Notes: generated by a model from the sequence alone, not told the origin. A stretch of DNA of 64,000 bases from an uncultured virus (IMG/VR IMGVR_UViG_3300045609_000049) (IMGVR_UViG_3300045609_000049); one strand, 5' to 3'; counted from the stretch's first letter, positions 1-11,012 are shown. Program-made: numbers and translations.

Positions 1-249
1 GAAGAGGAAGTTGTAGAAATTAAAGAACTTCCTACGGATTGGTATCAGAGATTTGATAACTATTGTAATAAGCTAGTTGGTAAATGCTACCCAACATCAG
101 ATCCTAAGAAATTTGGTACAACTTATGAACAAGTTTTAGATAAATTTGCTAAAGCATTTGAATCATCAACTAAAACTAAAGTTATCATAAATGTTGAACG
201 AATTGAAGGCGACTCATTTTACATAGTCGACGAGGTTTATAAAGACTAA
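1..249 (+). CDS. 3' end of hypothetical protein (partial)
   Basis: Open frame 1 from the window start to TAA at 247-249. Confidence 0.6.
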   Translation, partial: EEEVVEIKELPTDWYQRFDNYCNKLVGKCYPTSDPKKFGTTYEQVLDKFAKAFESSTKTKVIINVERIEGDSFYIVDEVYKD

Positions 250-260
250 AGTGAAAGGAA

Positions 261-1491
261 GTGAAAAATACAATGGCACAACAACAACAAGAAGCAAAAT
301 CTGTAAATGATGGTATTGCCAATTCCCATGACGACGTGCAAGTCTTAAAGGGTATACAGCCGAAACATCAAATCATGTATAAGTTTTTTAAGATATGTAG
401 ATTTTTGGCGATTTTTGGATTCGTGTTTGTAGTATTGGCAATAGCTGCAGCTATATTTGCTCCAAAGACTCAGAATGAATTTATTATGAGCATTACACAG
501 GCTAAAGCTTACAGATTATACTTTTGTATGGGTCTAGCTGGACTTTCTGCATCTATCTTATTCTTAGGAATTGTCGCTAAGTTATTATTCCTTAGAAAAG
601 CACCCTTTGATGATTGGGTATATGAAATTGCAGAAAAGCGTTTAGGCACATCAATTATATTCTATGATAGTCGATACATTTATATCAATTATGATAGATC
701 TGGTAAGGAAGTTGATAAGAAAGAGTTTGTTACTGAAATGTCAGATAAGTCTATCAACTACTCTTACTATTATATAAAGACATTTATTGATCAAGGTGTC
801 ATTATGGTTGAGTGTAAAAAGAGACAACCTATTCCTAATAAGGCATCATTTTCACCTAACGACGATAAGTTCTGGAATATCATTCCTATGGGACTTACCA
901 TCAATGGAAATACGCAAAAAATTTCGCCGGTAGGATGGTACCTGAACGATCAGAATAAGAATGATGAATTGTATGAAACAGTTCCATCTACATCAATACT
1001 GATTAACACCATATAGTCAGCGTATACAGTGATGTGTGCGAAAAATAATTACTTGAATTGCTGGAACAGTATCAAATAATGATACGAACCTAAAGACTTT
1101 TAAGCTACAACGTAAAGATGAAATACACTTAAGCGTGAATGCAGAGAAATCAGAAAAAATTAAAAGTATAGCCTATGGTCAAATCCTAAGGGCTAATTAG
1201 ATCCTATGGACTAATTAAAGAATGGAGAATCAGCAGCTAAGCCTCGAATAGAGGAAAGTTCAACGACTATTCCATCGGCCATGGCAAATAGTGGCAATAG
1301 AAGTAGGGCTTCAAATGAAGTGGGTGAGAATCCCTTAAATCGAAGTGGGTAGGTTCTCAAATGAGAATAAGATATAGTCTATTCCTATATGAAAGTATAG
1401 GTAGAATACACAATTCTAATAAAGTTGTGGTGGTACAGGATGCTTGGAGAAAGATACTCCGATCCTTATGTATGATACTTTAATTCACTAA
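261..1491 (+). CDS. FtsK/SpoIIIE-like ATPase 1, N-half (exons 261-1003 and 1425-1491): membrane domain, first half of Walker A, then a 16-aa split-intein N-piece
   Basis: Two hydrophobic helices; spliced product reads VPSTSILI-CGGTG-CLEKDTPILMYDTLIH*; SILICGGTG matches the FtsK HLLIAGxTG pattern; start may be ATG 273. Confidence 0.8.
1004..1424 (+). mobile_element. Group I intron, no ORF
   Basis: P1 ctgat/gtcag with U-G pair; core motifs aattgctggaa, aatcagcagc, ttcaacgact, gatatagtc; terminal G1424; removal restores the frame. Confidence 0.85.
1441..1488 (+). other. Split intein N-piece (block A only, 16 aa)
   Basis: CLEKDTPILMYD directly after GGTG, then stop. Confidence 0.8.
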
Positions 1492-1510
1492 AACGAAAGG
1501 AAATTACCTA

Positions 1511-2515
1511 ATGAGAATAATTGAACCATCTTCAATTTACTTAGACACAGCTGATTTATCACCGTATCAGTTTATGGAAAAAGCTGGTCGTACTTGTTAT
1601 AAGTCTGAAGCAAATATTACTGATGAAAGTGCAGTAAAATTTGTTAGAGGACTTAAGAAATCTGGACATACTGCTATGCTTGAACATTCACATATCATAT
1701 TGTCTGTTTCAAATGATATTGCAGTTCCATTTATTGAGTCTATTAAGAATAGTGATTTTGATGTAGACGGAACTAAGGTAAGAATCGGAAATTACCTTAA
1801 CATTACAGAATGTGGACCTGTATTTGTTATTTCTGGATCTTTTAGAGCATTTTTCGCTTTATATGACGAAAGATTCTCTGCAAACAAAACTAGTAATGCA
1901 GTTAAGCTCGTTATGAAGAAACTTAATGAAGCATTCCCAGATCTATTTGATGATGTAGACATTAAATTAGTAGATGGTAAAATCTTTGTTATGGATAGAG
2001 AAACATTTATTAAGTTTGCTACAGCTACATTTACACCAGATGCAGAAAAAGCAAATGTATGCATTAGTAGACATCTTACACATACTTGCAAATTTGTATG
2101 CGATAGAGGTGTTACTCATGAATTTGTTCGCCATAGACCAGCATCATTTGCACAGGAATCTACAAGATATTGCAATTATTCTAAAGATCAGTTTGGTAAT
2201 GAGATTACTGTAATTCGTCCATCTGAGTTTGTTGAAGGTACTGAAGAGCACAATGCTTGGAAAGATGCATGTGAAAAAGCAGAGTATGATTACTTTAAGT
2301 TACTTAAGCTTGGAGTTAAACCACAACTTGCTAGAGATGTTCTTCCAACCAGTATTAAGACTGAGATTATCATTACTGCTACTGAAGAAGAGTGGCAGCA
2401 TATTATAAATCTTCGTAAGCATTGTACTACTGGATCAGCACATCCACAGATTATACAGTCTATGAATATGGTATATGATACATTGCTTGAAAAGTCTAAT
2501 AACAGACTGTCTTAA
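1511..2515 (+). CDS. thyX: FAD-dependent thymidylate synthase
   Basis: RHRPASFAQESTRY ThyX motif; GHTAMLEH. Confidence 0.9.
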   Translation: MRIIEPSSIYLDTADLSPYQFMEKAGRTCYKSEANITDESAVKFVRGLKKSGHTAMLEHSHIILSVSNDIAVPFIESIKNSDFDVDGTKVRIGNYLNITECGPVFVISGSFRAFFALYDERFSANKTSNAVKLVMKKLNEAFPDLFDDVDIKLVDGKIFVMDRETFIKFATATFTPDAEKANVCISRHLTHTCKFVCDRGVTHEFVRHRPASFAQESTRYCNYSKDQFGNEITVIRPSEFVEGTEEHNAWKDACEKAEYDYFKLLKLGVKPQLARDVLPTSIKTEIIITATEEEWQHIINLRKHCTTGSAHPQIIQSMNMVYDTLLEKSNNRLS

Positions 2516-2618
2516 TATACTCTCCAACTTACTGGTATTCTATTCTTTAGAATATCAGTATTTTACTATATACATTTGCAAATATGCATGTTATAATTAT
2601 AGAAAGGAAATTAGATAA

Positions 2619-3116
2619 ATGTTTGATGAAAAGTTTATAGAAGAGTTCATGCCAAGCCTTAATACATTAGCAAAGAAGTACGCTAATGAGGAGCATGATG
2701 AAGATGAGTTGTTATCAGATGGTCAAATGGCTATGCTAGAATATCTAAGTAATACAGATCGTCTTAAGAATAAGAACCTTAAGTGTAATTTATACCACTC
2801 ATTATACTTAAAGTTAAAGCGAGCATCAGCAAAACATGAGGATGAAAAAGTCAATATTGAATTAGTTTCTTCCATGGATATAAGAACATATGAGTCTGAT
2901 AACTTTATTGACGCTATTAAAGAATGTCTTAGTAAAAGAGAATTTGATATACTTACTAGTTATTATGGAATCTTTACATATCGCAAGACATCGATAGCTA
3001 TTGCAAAAGAGAATCATATAACAAGCCAAGGAGTTCTTTGGATTATACATACATCAAAAGATAAGATTAGAAAATCTTTTGAGAAGAATGGAATCCGCTT
3101 TGAAGATTTATTTTAG
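2619..3116 (+). CDS. Small sigma-70-family/region 4 HTH protein
   Basis: DELLSDGQMAML region-2-like segment; LSKREFDIL...IAKENHIT HTH. Confidence 0.6.
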   Translation: MFDEKFIEEFMPSLNTLAKKYANEEHDEDELLSDGQMAMLEYLSNTDRLKNKNLKCNLYHSLYLKLKRASAKHEDEKVNIELVSSMDIRTYESDNFIDAIKECLSKREFDILTSYYGIFTYRKTSIAIAKENHITSQGVLWIIHTSKDKIRKSFEKNGIRFEDLF

Positions 3117-3128
3117 GAGGAAAGTGTT

Positions 3129-4988
3129 TTGTTAAATGAAGAGCAAATGACAGTAGTAAATCATATTTATGGTCCAGCTGCAGTATTATCTGGTGCAGGT
3201 AGTGGTAAAACATCTACATTAATTGGCAGAATCCAGACACTTGCCAATATTGCAGAACCTAATAGGATTATCATGCTTACATTTACTAATGTAGCTGCAG
3301 AAGAGATGAAATATCGTGCTTCTAAAGTAAATGAGAAATGTAAAGACGTATATGCATCTACATATCATAAGTTCTGCGGACTCATGCTTAGAAAATATGG
3401 TCGTGCTATTGGAATTATGCCTGGATTTGAAATACTTACAAGTTCTAAGTACAATACATTTATTGAGTATGTTAAGAGTACTAATGAATATTATGAAGAC
3501 CTTAAAAACTTTCCAAGTGCAACTAAATTAGGTACAATCTTCTCTAGAATCACTAATACTGATGCTAATGTAGAACAATGTATCTATAATACTAAGTATT
3601 CGGAATATGCAAATGAAATTAAACAATTATATGCAGAAGTTAAGAAGGCTGGCTTAGAGCAACAGAAACTTAACTTTGATGATATGCTAGTTTATATGAA
3701 TGATCTACTTAACAACAATGAAATTTGTGAGAAGATCGCAAAATCATTTGACTTTTTAATGGTAGATGAGTTTCAGGACACTAATGATTTGCAATTAAGA
3801 ATGTTGCTTAAACTTAGTAAGTTCAATGAAAATATAGTTGTAGTCGGAGATATTTCACAATCTATTTATAAATTCAGAGGTGCTAAAGTAGAAAATATAC
3901 AAAACTTTATTGATTCATTTCCTAATTGTGATGTATATTCGCTTAGTACAAACTTTAGATCTACTCAGGAAATTCTTGATGCTACAAACGCTATGATGAA
4001 TGCACATGTTAAGTCTTGGACTTATACTAATATGAAGGCAGATAATAAACATGGTGAAAAACCTACTATTAAAGTACATCGAGATGATAGAGATCAAGCT
4101 GAATGGGTTATCAACAAAATAAAAGACTTAAATATGAATCATAGGCATGATTTAAGCGATATAGCAGTTATTGATCGTAAATCAATGTCATCATTTAAGT
4201 TAGAAAATGAACTTACAAAAGCAGGTATTCCATTCATTAAGCGTGGTGGTCTTAAATTTACTGATTATACAGTTGTAGATGATTTATTATCATTCTTGCT
4301 GTTAACTACTAAGAAGGCAGATAAGTTTAGTTGGTTTAACGTCCTTAGAATGATTCCAGGCATTGGTGCAAAGGCTGCAGCGGATATTTCAGATAATTGT
4401 ACTGTAGAAAGATTTTGGGATAAATATGCAAAGAGAAAGTTTAGTAATGACCTTAATGAGTTGATCTCAAATATAGAAGATTGTAAAACTATGACTGATG
4501 ATGTTCCAAAATTACTTGGTAAGATTGCTGAATACTATTTTGGATTAAGAACAGCTAAGATTGAGAACTCTAATAAAATGTCTAGTAGTGCAAAGTTTGA
4601 TGCGCTTGAGAAGATTAAGCGAGATGAAGAAATTTATAAAATTCTTAAGAGTATGTCAGCAAGCTATAAAAATGTTACATCTTTCCTTGATGATATTGCT
4701 TTAGACTCAGTCAATGGAAAAGATAATAATGATGATGGTATTATTATAACAACAATCCATAGTGCAAAGGGTCTTGAATGGCCAACAACAATTTTACTTG
4801 ATTGTGTAGAATATGACATAGATGATGAAGAAGAGGAACTTAGATGTTGGTATGTCGCAATGACTAGGGCTGAAGATGATTTAATCATATCTATACCAGA
4901 AATTACAATTGTAAATGGATTGCCCATGTTTAATAGTATAGTTCATTTTTTGCATGGTTTAGAGAATCAATATTTTATAAGGAGATAA
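3129..4988 (+). CDS. UvrD/Rep/PcrA-like SF1 helicase
   Basis: GAGSGKT, VDEFQD, QSIYKFRGA, TIHSAKGLEW, YVAMTRA. Confidence 0.92.
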   Translation: MLNEEQMTVVNHIYGPAAVLSGAGSGKTSTLIGRIQTLANIAEPNRIIMLTFTNVAAEEMKYRASKVNEKCKDVYASTYHKFCGLMLRKYGRAIGIMPGFEILTSSKYNTFIEYVKSTNEYYEDLKNFPSATKLGTIFSRITNTDANVEQCIYNTKYSEYANEIKQLYAEVKKAGLEQQKLNFDDMLVYMNDLLNNNEICEKIAKSFDFLMVDEFQDTNDLQLRMLLKLSKFNENIVVVGDISQSIYKFRGAKVENIQNFIDSFPNCDVYSLSTNFRSTQEILDATNAMMNAHVKSWTYTNMKADNKHGEKPTIKVHRDDRDQAEWVINKIKDLNMNHRHDLSDIAVIDRKSMSSFKLENELTKAGIPFIKRGGLKFTDYTVVDDLLSFLLLTTKKADKFSWFNVLRMIPGIGAKAAADISDNCTVERFWDKYAKRKFSNDLNELISNIEDCKTMTDDVPKLLGKIAEYYFGLRTAKIENSNKMSSSAKFDALEKIKRDEEIYKILKSMSASYKNVTSFLDDIALDSVNGKDNNDDGIIITTIHSAKGLEWPTTILLDCVEYDIDDEEEELRCWYVAMTRAEDDLIISIPEITIVNGLPMFNSIVHFLHGLENQYFIRR

Positions 4989-4991
4989 ATT

Positions 4992-5768
4992 ATGTTATTT
5001 GGCGCAACTATAGGTGATATTGTAGGAAGTAGATTTGAAGCACACGACTACAAAGGAAAAGATTTTGAATTTTATAACTATGAAGATCGATTTACAGATG
5101 ATACTGTAATGACTATGGCAGTTTATGAAGCATGTGTAGAAATTAAAGAAAAGAACTATACAGATTCAATTGACATTGAAAATTGCTTTAGCGATGCTAT
5201 GGTTAGATGGGGTTATGAATACCAGGGCGTTGGTTACGGTGGACGATTTTGTGAATGGTTATTGAGTGAAGATCATCAGCCTTATAGTAGTTGGGGTAAT
5301 GGATCTGCTATGCGAGTATCACCTATTGGTTGGCTATTTAATTCTATAGAAGAAGTAGAAAAATTTGCGGAGCATTCTGCAAATCCTACGCATAACCATC
5401 CTGAAGGAGTTAAGGGTGCTAAGGCAGTTGCAGTTGCAGTATTCTTAGCTAGAACAACACATGATAAACACAAAATCAAAAAATATATTCAATCCTTAGG
5501 TTATACGCTTCATAGATGTGGAGCAGTAAGACCTAAATACAAATTTGATGTTTCTTGTCAAGGAACAATTCCAGTTGCTATTGAATCATTTTTAGAGAGT
5601 CATAGCTTTGAAGATGCGATTAGAAACGCAATATCTATGGGAGGTGACAGTGATACTATTGGTGCAATAACTGGTGCTATTGCTGAAGCTTATTACAGAG
5701 TTCCAGATGAACTTAAAAATGGATGTAAAGCATACTTAGATGATAAGATTCTTCGTATTATAAAATAA
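4992..5768 (+). CDS. ADP-ribosylglycohydrolase family protein
   Basis: GDIVGS, FTDDT, GNGSAMR, GGDSDT. Confidence 0.9.
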   Translation: MLFGATIGDIVGSRFEAHDYKGKDFEFYNYEDRFTDDTVMTMAVYEACVEIKEKNYTDSIDIENCFSDAMVRWGYEYQGVGYGGRFCEWLLSEDHQPYSSWGNGSAMRVSPIGWLFNSIEEVEKFAEHSANPTHNHPEGVKGAKAVAVAVFLARTTHDKHKIKKYIQSLGYTLHRCGAVRPKYKFDVSCQGTIPVAIESFLESHSFEDAIRNAISMGGDSDTIGAITGAIAEAYYRVPDELKNGCKAYLDDKILRIIK

Positions 5769-5783
5769 AAAGGATGGAAGATT

Positions 5784-6656
5784 ATGAAAAACAAAATACG
5801 TATAGTAGTACCTTATATTTTTCTAATTATAGGAATCTGCCTAATTTTGTCTGTTGGTACTTATTTATTTCTATATTTTAGAGATGCTAAGAAATCAGTT
5901 GATGCCTTTAAGGATCTAAAAGAATTAGTTGTAGAAGTACCTGTTGACGACGAAGACCCCAACGATAATACAGATCTTGGATCTGGAAATGAATTATCTG
6001 AACACACAAAACTTGATTTTAGTGCATTACTTGCAGAGAATGCTGATTTTATAGGATGGTTAACTGTAGACGGTACAAACATTGATTATCCTGTAATGCA
6101 AACACCTGATGATGAAGAATATTATTTGCATAGAAATTTTTATAAGCAATATGATTATTCCGGTGTACCATTTTGCAATGCGGCTGCAGATGTTGAAAGA
6201 CCTTCTGATAATACAGTTATTTACGGACATCATATGAGAGCCGGAACAATGTTTAATCACTTAACACGTTTCAAGGACGCAGATTTCTATGCAAAGCATA
6301 AAACTTTTACTTTCGACACTATTTATAGAACAGGCACATACGAAATCGTAGCGGTATGCCTAACACACGCAAATGAAGGAGCATTTAAGTATTGGGAAGT
6401 AACAGATTGTACTGAAGACGAATTCAACGAGTATGTTAACTGGTTAGCTAGCAAATCATTATATAAGACAGATGGAATTGACGACGTTGAATATGGTGAT
6501 AGACTAGTTACATTATCTACTTGCGCCTATCATACAACAAATGGACGTCTTATTGTTGTAGGAAAACTCATTGATTCAGATGATGCTGATCTCATCAATA
6601 ATAGATCTGATCGTACTTTGGAAAATAATGAAGAAACTATTTACAACGAAGACTAA
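5784..6656 (+). CDS. srtB: Class B sortase
   Basis: N-terminal TM helix; IDYPVMQ, IYGHHM, TLSTC and GRLIV catalytic motifs. Confidence 0.88.
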   Translation: MKNKIRIVVPYIFLIIGICLILSVGTYLFLYFRDAKKSVDAFKDLKELVVEVPVDDEDPNDNTDLGSGNELSEHTKLDFSALLAENADFIGWLTVDGTNIDYPVMQTPDDEEYYLHRNFYKQYDYSGVPFCNAAADVERPSDNTVIYGHHMRAGTMFNHLTRFKDADFYAKHKTFTFDTIYRTGTYEIVAVCLTHANEGAFKYWEVTDCTEDEFNEYVNWLASKSLYKTDGIDDVEYGDRLVTLSTCAYHTTNGRLIVVGKLIDSDDADLINNRSDRTLENNEETIYNED

Positions 6657-6668
6657 ATTTGTTATAAT
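6640..6668 (+). promoter_or_regulatory. Sigma-70-type promoter TTTACA-17-TATAAT (representative of a recurring AACTATTTACA family)
   Basis: Same architecture with -35 at 13583, 15352, 32897, 39922, 47115, 48785, 51372, 52574. Confidence 0.75.
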
Positions 6669-6695
6669 AATTAAAAATAAAGAGGAGAGTAAGTT

Positions 6696-7895
6696 ATGAA
6701 TGCACAGCTTAAGAGAAAATGCGACAAGCTTATAACACAAACTGAAAATGGGATTCTTATTTATGGCAATATAATAAATGAAATTGCAAAAAATAAAGAT
6801 TTGTTAAGGTACAGTACCACAATTCCTAATGCTATGAGTTACATTCGTAGTAATGGAATCACTATTATAATGCCTGAAGTAATAGAAACAGCAGAAACAA
6901 ATGAGTTATTAGACTCAGAAGTAATAATTGCAGATGGTTTAAGCGAAGACGCAATTGAAGAAGACGATATTGCACCAACTGATGATGAATTACGTGAAAT
7001 AGAATCTGAACCTGATACTTATTATGATAATGATGACGTTAAGCAGTATTTAAGAGATATTGCAGCTTTGCATGATCGTCTTTTAACTGCTGAAGAAGAA
7101 AAAGAATTAGCTATACAATATAGAAACGGCGATAATAATGCAAAAAACACTTTGATTGAATATAATCTTAAGTTGGTTATTAGTATTGCTAAGCATTATA
7201 TGTTTGTATGTAACACATCAATAATAAGCTTTAATGATTTGATCCAAAATGGTAATCTTGGACTAATTAGTGCTGTAGATAAATTTGATCCAGACCGTGG
7301 TTTTAAGTTTTCTACGTATGCTACATGGTGGATTAAACGGTCTATTATGAAAGCATTAGCAAATGATGGTAGAACAGTTAGACTTCCAGTTCATGCAATA
7401 GACCAACTTAGATATATTCATCGAGCTATTAAAGAACTTCAGAATGAATCTAGTTCAGAAAATCTACCTGAATATACTGATATTGCTGCACTCTGTAACG
7501 AAAATGGTTGGGTTATAAAGACTTCTAGCAATAATAAGAAGATTATTACTCCTGAAAAAGTTAAAGATTATCTTCAGTATTCGGATATGACATCTACGGT
7601 CTCGCTTAGTATTCCAGTTGGTGAAGATGACGATTCAAATTTAGGTGATTTTATTCCAGATTTAACACAGAATATTGAAAATGACGCTGAAAACAGAGAT
7701 ATGGCTGAGAAATTCGAGTATATCTTTAACAAGTATCTAACACCACGTGAAGCTGAAATTTTAAGAATGCGTTTCGGTTTTAATGGTCGAGACTGTATGA
7801 CTCTTGATGAAATTAGTAAAGTCTATGGTGTATCTAGAGAGCGTATCCGTCAAATTGAATTTAAGGCTAAGCTTAAAATTAAAAAGAAATATTAA
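6696..7895 (+). CDS. RpoD-like sigma-70 factor
   Basis: NLKLVISIAKHY, DLIQNGNLGL, DKFDPDRGFKFSTYATWWI, TLDEI...VSRERIRQIE. Confidence 0.9.
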   Translation: MNAQLKRKCDKLITQTENGILIYGNIINEIAKNKDLLRYSTTIPNAMSYIRSNGITIIMPEVIETAETNELLDSEVIIADGLSEDAIEEDDIAPTDDELREIESEPDTYYDNDDVKQYLRDIAALHDRLLTAEEEKELAIQYRNGDNNAKNTLIEYNLKLVISIAKHYMFVCNTSIISFNDLIQNGNLGLISAVDKFDPDRGFKFSTYATWWIKRSIMKALANDGRTVRLPVHAIDQLRYIHRAIKELQNESSSENLPEYTDIAALCNENGWVIKTSSNNKKIITPEKVKDYLQYSDMTSTVSLSIPVGEDDDSNLGDFIPDLTQNIENDAENRDMAEKFEYIFNKYLTPREAEILRMRFGFNGRDCMTLDEISKVYGVSRERIRQIEFKAKLKIKKKY

Positions 7896-8430
7896 GAATA
7901 GAAATTCAAAAATTGAATTAGAACAAACATTAGGTCGATCATGTACTGAAAAAGAGTTAGTAAAATACATTAATGACAATCAGTTGTTTGCATCTAAACA
8001 AATTACAAATATGGATATTCCTACACTTCGTTTGTATGAAAATACACTTGATGGAAACATAGTATCGCTATATACGCCAATTGGAAGTGAAGATGGTAGA
8101 GATGATTCATATTTAGGTGATTTTATTCCTTCAGATGAACCCTCACCCGAAGATGTTGCAATGAAGAACGCACTTAAAGATATAACGAATGATATTATCA
8201 GCGCATGTCTTAAGAGTGAAAAAGAAGTACGAGTAATAAGATTAAGATTTGGTTTAGACGATGGCATTCCTAGAACACTTGAGCAAGTATCAAAATACTT
8301 AGGTATGACTAAAGAAAGAATTAGACAAATTGAATCTAGAGCATTGAGACGAATTAGAAATAGTCAATATGATAGACAACAATTAAATGGATATGACATA
8401 GATTGGAAATATCCATTGAAAGGAAATTAG
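7804..8430 (+). CDS. Second sigma-70 fragment (regions 3-4 only), overlapping the first; possibly a pseudogene
   Basis: SLYTPIG...LGDFI, RLRFGL...TLEQV...TKERIRQIE; no region 2; no clear start. Confidence 0.6.
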   Translation: MMKLVKSMVYLESVSVKLNLRLSLKLKRNIKNRNSKIELEQTLGRSCTEKELVKYINDNQLFASKQITNMDIPTLRLYENTLDGNIVSLYTPIGSEDGRDDSYLGDFIPSDEPSPEDVAMKNALKDITNDIISACLKSEKEVRVIRLRFGLDDGIPRTLEQVSKYLGMTKERIRQIESRALRRIRNSQYDRQQLNGYDIDWKYPLKGN

Positions 8431-8925
8431 ATGTATAAGATAGTTTTAGATGATAATAGTTTTATTATTGCTGATGAAAATTACAAACTAACACTTTTTA
8501 GATTTGGTTTCAAAAAAGTTGTCACAATAAAAAACTATTTAATTACAAATAGGTACAGCAAACATCATCTTGTTGACTGTATTGATGGAAAACGAATGAA
8601 AAGAAATTTCACAATTAAGGAAACTTCAAATGAAGAAAATTATCCTATTGGTTCTAGAATTAAGCTTGCGCAAGATATTCAATTTGGCGATTTAGTACTT
8701 GGTAAAGATGGAGAACCAAGGCGAGTAAAAGAACTTCATACTGGAGAAGATGAGATGTTTGAAATCACAATTGATGGTGTATCTTATCGAGTAAATGGTG
8801 GACATATTCTTGCATTAGTTGACAAAGATACTGGTGAACATCTTGAAATGCCTGTAAATGTTTACATGCACATGAATGATGAGTTTAGATCTCATTATGC
8901 AATGGAGAAAGTTATGGAGGATTAA
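8431..8925 (+). CDS. Stand-alone intein (Hint) middle piece
   Basis: From residue 74: GSRIKLAQDIQFGDLVLGKDGEPRRVKELHTGEDEMFEI...YRVNGGHILAL (block B His); lacks block A and blocks F/G; alternative start 8596. Confidence 0.78.
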   Translation: MYKIVLDDNSFIIADENYKLTLFRFGFKKVVTIKNYLITNRYSKHHLVDCIDGKRMKRNFTIKETSNEENYPIGSRIKLAQDIQFGDLVLGKDGEPRRVKELHTGEDEMFEITIDGVSYRVNGGHILALVDKDTGEHLEMPVNVYMHMNDEFRSHYAMEKVMED

Positions 8926-9141
8926 AAATATGGCGCAAATTGCACAAATTGGACAAAATGCAAATGAACATCAACGCTCAACTATCGCTAATATGTTAGC
9001 TGCAGAGCTAAAACGACAAGGTATTCAATTGGATGAAGTTGGTACAGAATACATCATCGACACAAAACAAAAATTATCCTAATTGACAGGAGAAGACTCT
9101 TAATAGCTTTTCCTGTTATTTTATTTGGGAGGAAAGATATT

Positions 9142-10218
9142 ATGAAGAAATTATTGACAATATTGAGTTGTTTTATCATCGTCGTAAGTCTATGTGCCTG
9201 CAACAAAGAACCTGAGCCTTCAGTAGATGAACAACCACAAATTCAAGCAGCAAGATTCGATTGTCATGAATATAACATCGAAGGTCAGTATTTTACCGAT
9301 AACATTCTTGTTTCTATAAATCTAACAAGTGATTTTGAAGCAACCGATCAGTCAGCATTATTAGCACAAGACAATAAATATTATATTGGTGAGTTTAAGT
9401 GCAAAGATGCAGAAGGAAATGTTAATAAGACTATCTCATTATTTGAATACACTGATTCAGACTTTAACTTTGTAACTGATTGCAGTAAAGTAAGTCAGAA
9501 TTGGAGTATCTCAAATTCATCTATGGAAAATGATGATGCTTACATGAGAATTTTCTATACTGAGAAGAATGGATATATTATAGGTATGAGTATTGTTAAT
9601 ACTAACAAAGATCCATTATCTATCGAAGATGCTTTACAAGATGTAGAGTTTATGGTAAATGAAACATGCATGGCACCTGATCTTATAGAAGAACAAAGTG
9701 TTGTAGTTGAAGGCAGTTTAAGTTCTCCAGCAAGACTTGGTGAATGGGTTAGCACAATGTTGTATAATCCTGAAGTTGGTGCATATGAACCAGTATGTAT
9801 TAGCGTTACTAAGGTTGAAACTGGTGACTTAGCGGATAGAGTTGTAACAGATCACAATAACTTGTTAGATTCATATGATGGCGATCAACCGAGTCAGATA
9901 TTAAATCCAACAGACTGTATTTGGGCTGTATATCGTTATGAAGTATATTTTCCTACAAGTTTCACAGCTGAGAAAAATATTACTGGAATAACTGTTCCTA
10001 TTACTTTCTGTAATATCAATGATGATGGTGGTGGTATTAGTGGTTATCTTGACTTACAGCAGTCGTTATTAGATATTTCACCTAGTATGAGGAATGTAAA
10101 GCCAGGTACAATTTGGTCTGAAGGTGTTGGTTTCTTTGAAATTCCTATCAATGCAAACTATTTAATAAAGATTGCACCTGATGATAATCCAGCTAATGCA
10201 AAATATTTCAAACCATAA
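9142..10218 (+). CDS. Putative lipoprotein
   Basis: Signal peptide with lipobox LCAC. Confidence 0.7.
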   Translation: MKKLLTILSCFIIVVSLCACNKEPEPSVDEQPQIQAARFDCHEYNIEGQYFTDNILVSINLTSDFEATDQSALLAQDNKYYIGEFKCKDAEGNVNKTISLFEYTDSDFNFVTDCSKVSQNWSISNSSMENDDAYMRIFYTEKNGYIIGMSIVNTNKDPLSIEDALQDVEFMVNETCMAPDLIEEQSVVVEGSLSSPARLGEWVSTMLYNPEVGAYEPVCISVTKVETGDLADRVVTDHNNLLDSYDGDQPSQILNPTDCIWAVYRYEVYFPTSFTAEKNITGITVPITFCNINDDGGGISGYLDLQQSLLDISPSMRNVKPGTIWSEGVGFFEIPINANYLIKIAPDDNPANAKYFKP

Positions 10219-10235
10219 GAAAGGAATCAAATATT

Positions 10236-10982
10236 ATGAAAAAATTTTTAACACCTATAGCAATTACGGCTTGTGTATTATGTCTCGCAGGCTGTAGTAT
10301 GGGATCAGAACCTACAAATAAGCGTACTGATCCACTTCCTGATACAGCCGTAGAGTCTGAAGTTGAAGAGGAGACAACTACGACCGAAGAGGAAACGACT
10401 ACTGAAGCTACTACTGAAGCTACTACTGAAACGCATGTAAAAAATGATGAAGCAACTCAGGAAGAAACAACAGAAACTACTGGGGCTACTACTGAAGAAA
10501 CTACAGAAGTCCAAGATCCTTATGCAGGATTAGCAGTTTCTAAGTGTCATAGTGTAACACTTCCTAAGGGAGTTGATTATAATACTGCAATTGCAGAAAT
10601 TACAAAAGGTACTACAGCATATCCTAATACATTCCCAGTAATTGATAATGTAGACTTCAATACACCTGGAGTTTATTCTTGTGCTTGGGTAAGACTTATG
10701 GATGATGGTACTTATTTACCACTTAAATATGCTACATTTAAAGTAACAATTGTAGATGAATATACCGGTTCAGGTATTATTAATGCTGAATATTGTGCGT
10801 GGTCTATTTCAAATCATTCATTAGAAATTGTAGATTATGCAAAGCAGTATGTACATTACTATGGTACTGGAACAATTTCTGGAGCACTTACTAAAGAACT
10901 TAGTGCACCTGGTGAGTATACAATTCGTTGGACATCTACAGATGGTGCAACATTTGATCAGACTGTGTTAGTCACAGAGTAA
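10236..10982 (+). CDS. Putative lipoprotein with Thr/Glu-rich linker and Ig-like segments
   Basis: Lipobox LAGC; ETTT repeats; VDFNTPGVY. Confidence 0.7.
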   Translation: MKKFLTPIAITACVLCLAGCSMGSEPTNKRTDPLPDTAVESEVEEETTTTEEETTTEATTEATTETHVKNDEATQEETTETTGATTEETTEVQDPYAGLAVSKCHSVTLPKGVDYNTAIAEITKGTTAYPNTFPVIDNVDFNTPGVYSCAWVRLMDDGTYLPLKYATFKVTIVDEYTGSGIINAEYCAWSISNHSLEIVDYAKQYVHYYGTGTISGALTKELSAPGEYTIRWTSTDGATFDQTVLVTE

Positions 10983-11012
10983 GATACAGATTAGATATAG
11001 AAAGGAACTTAC

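Noticed and set aside
7877..7895. Programmed -1 frameshift fusing the two sigma ORFs
   Set aside because: The second ORF is in the +1 frame and the heptamer is T_AAA_AAG, not canonical
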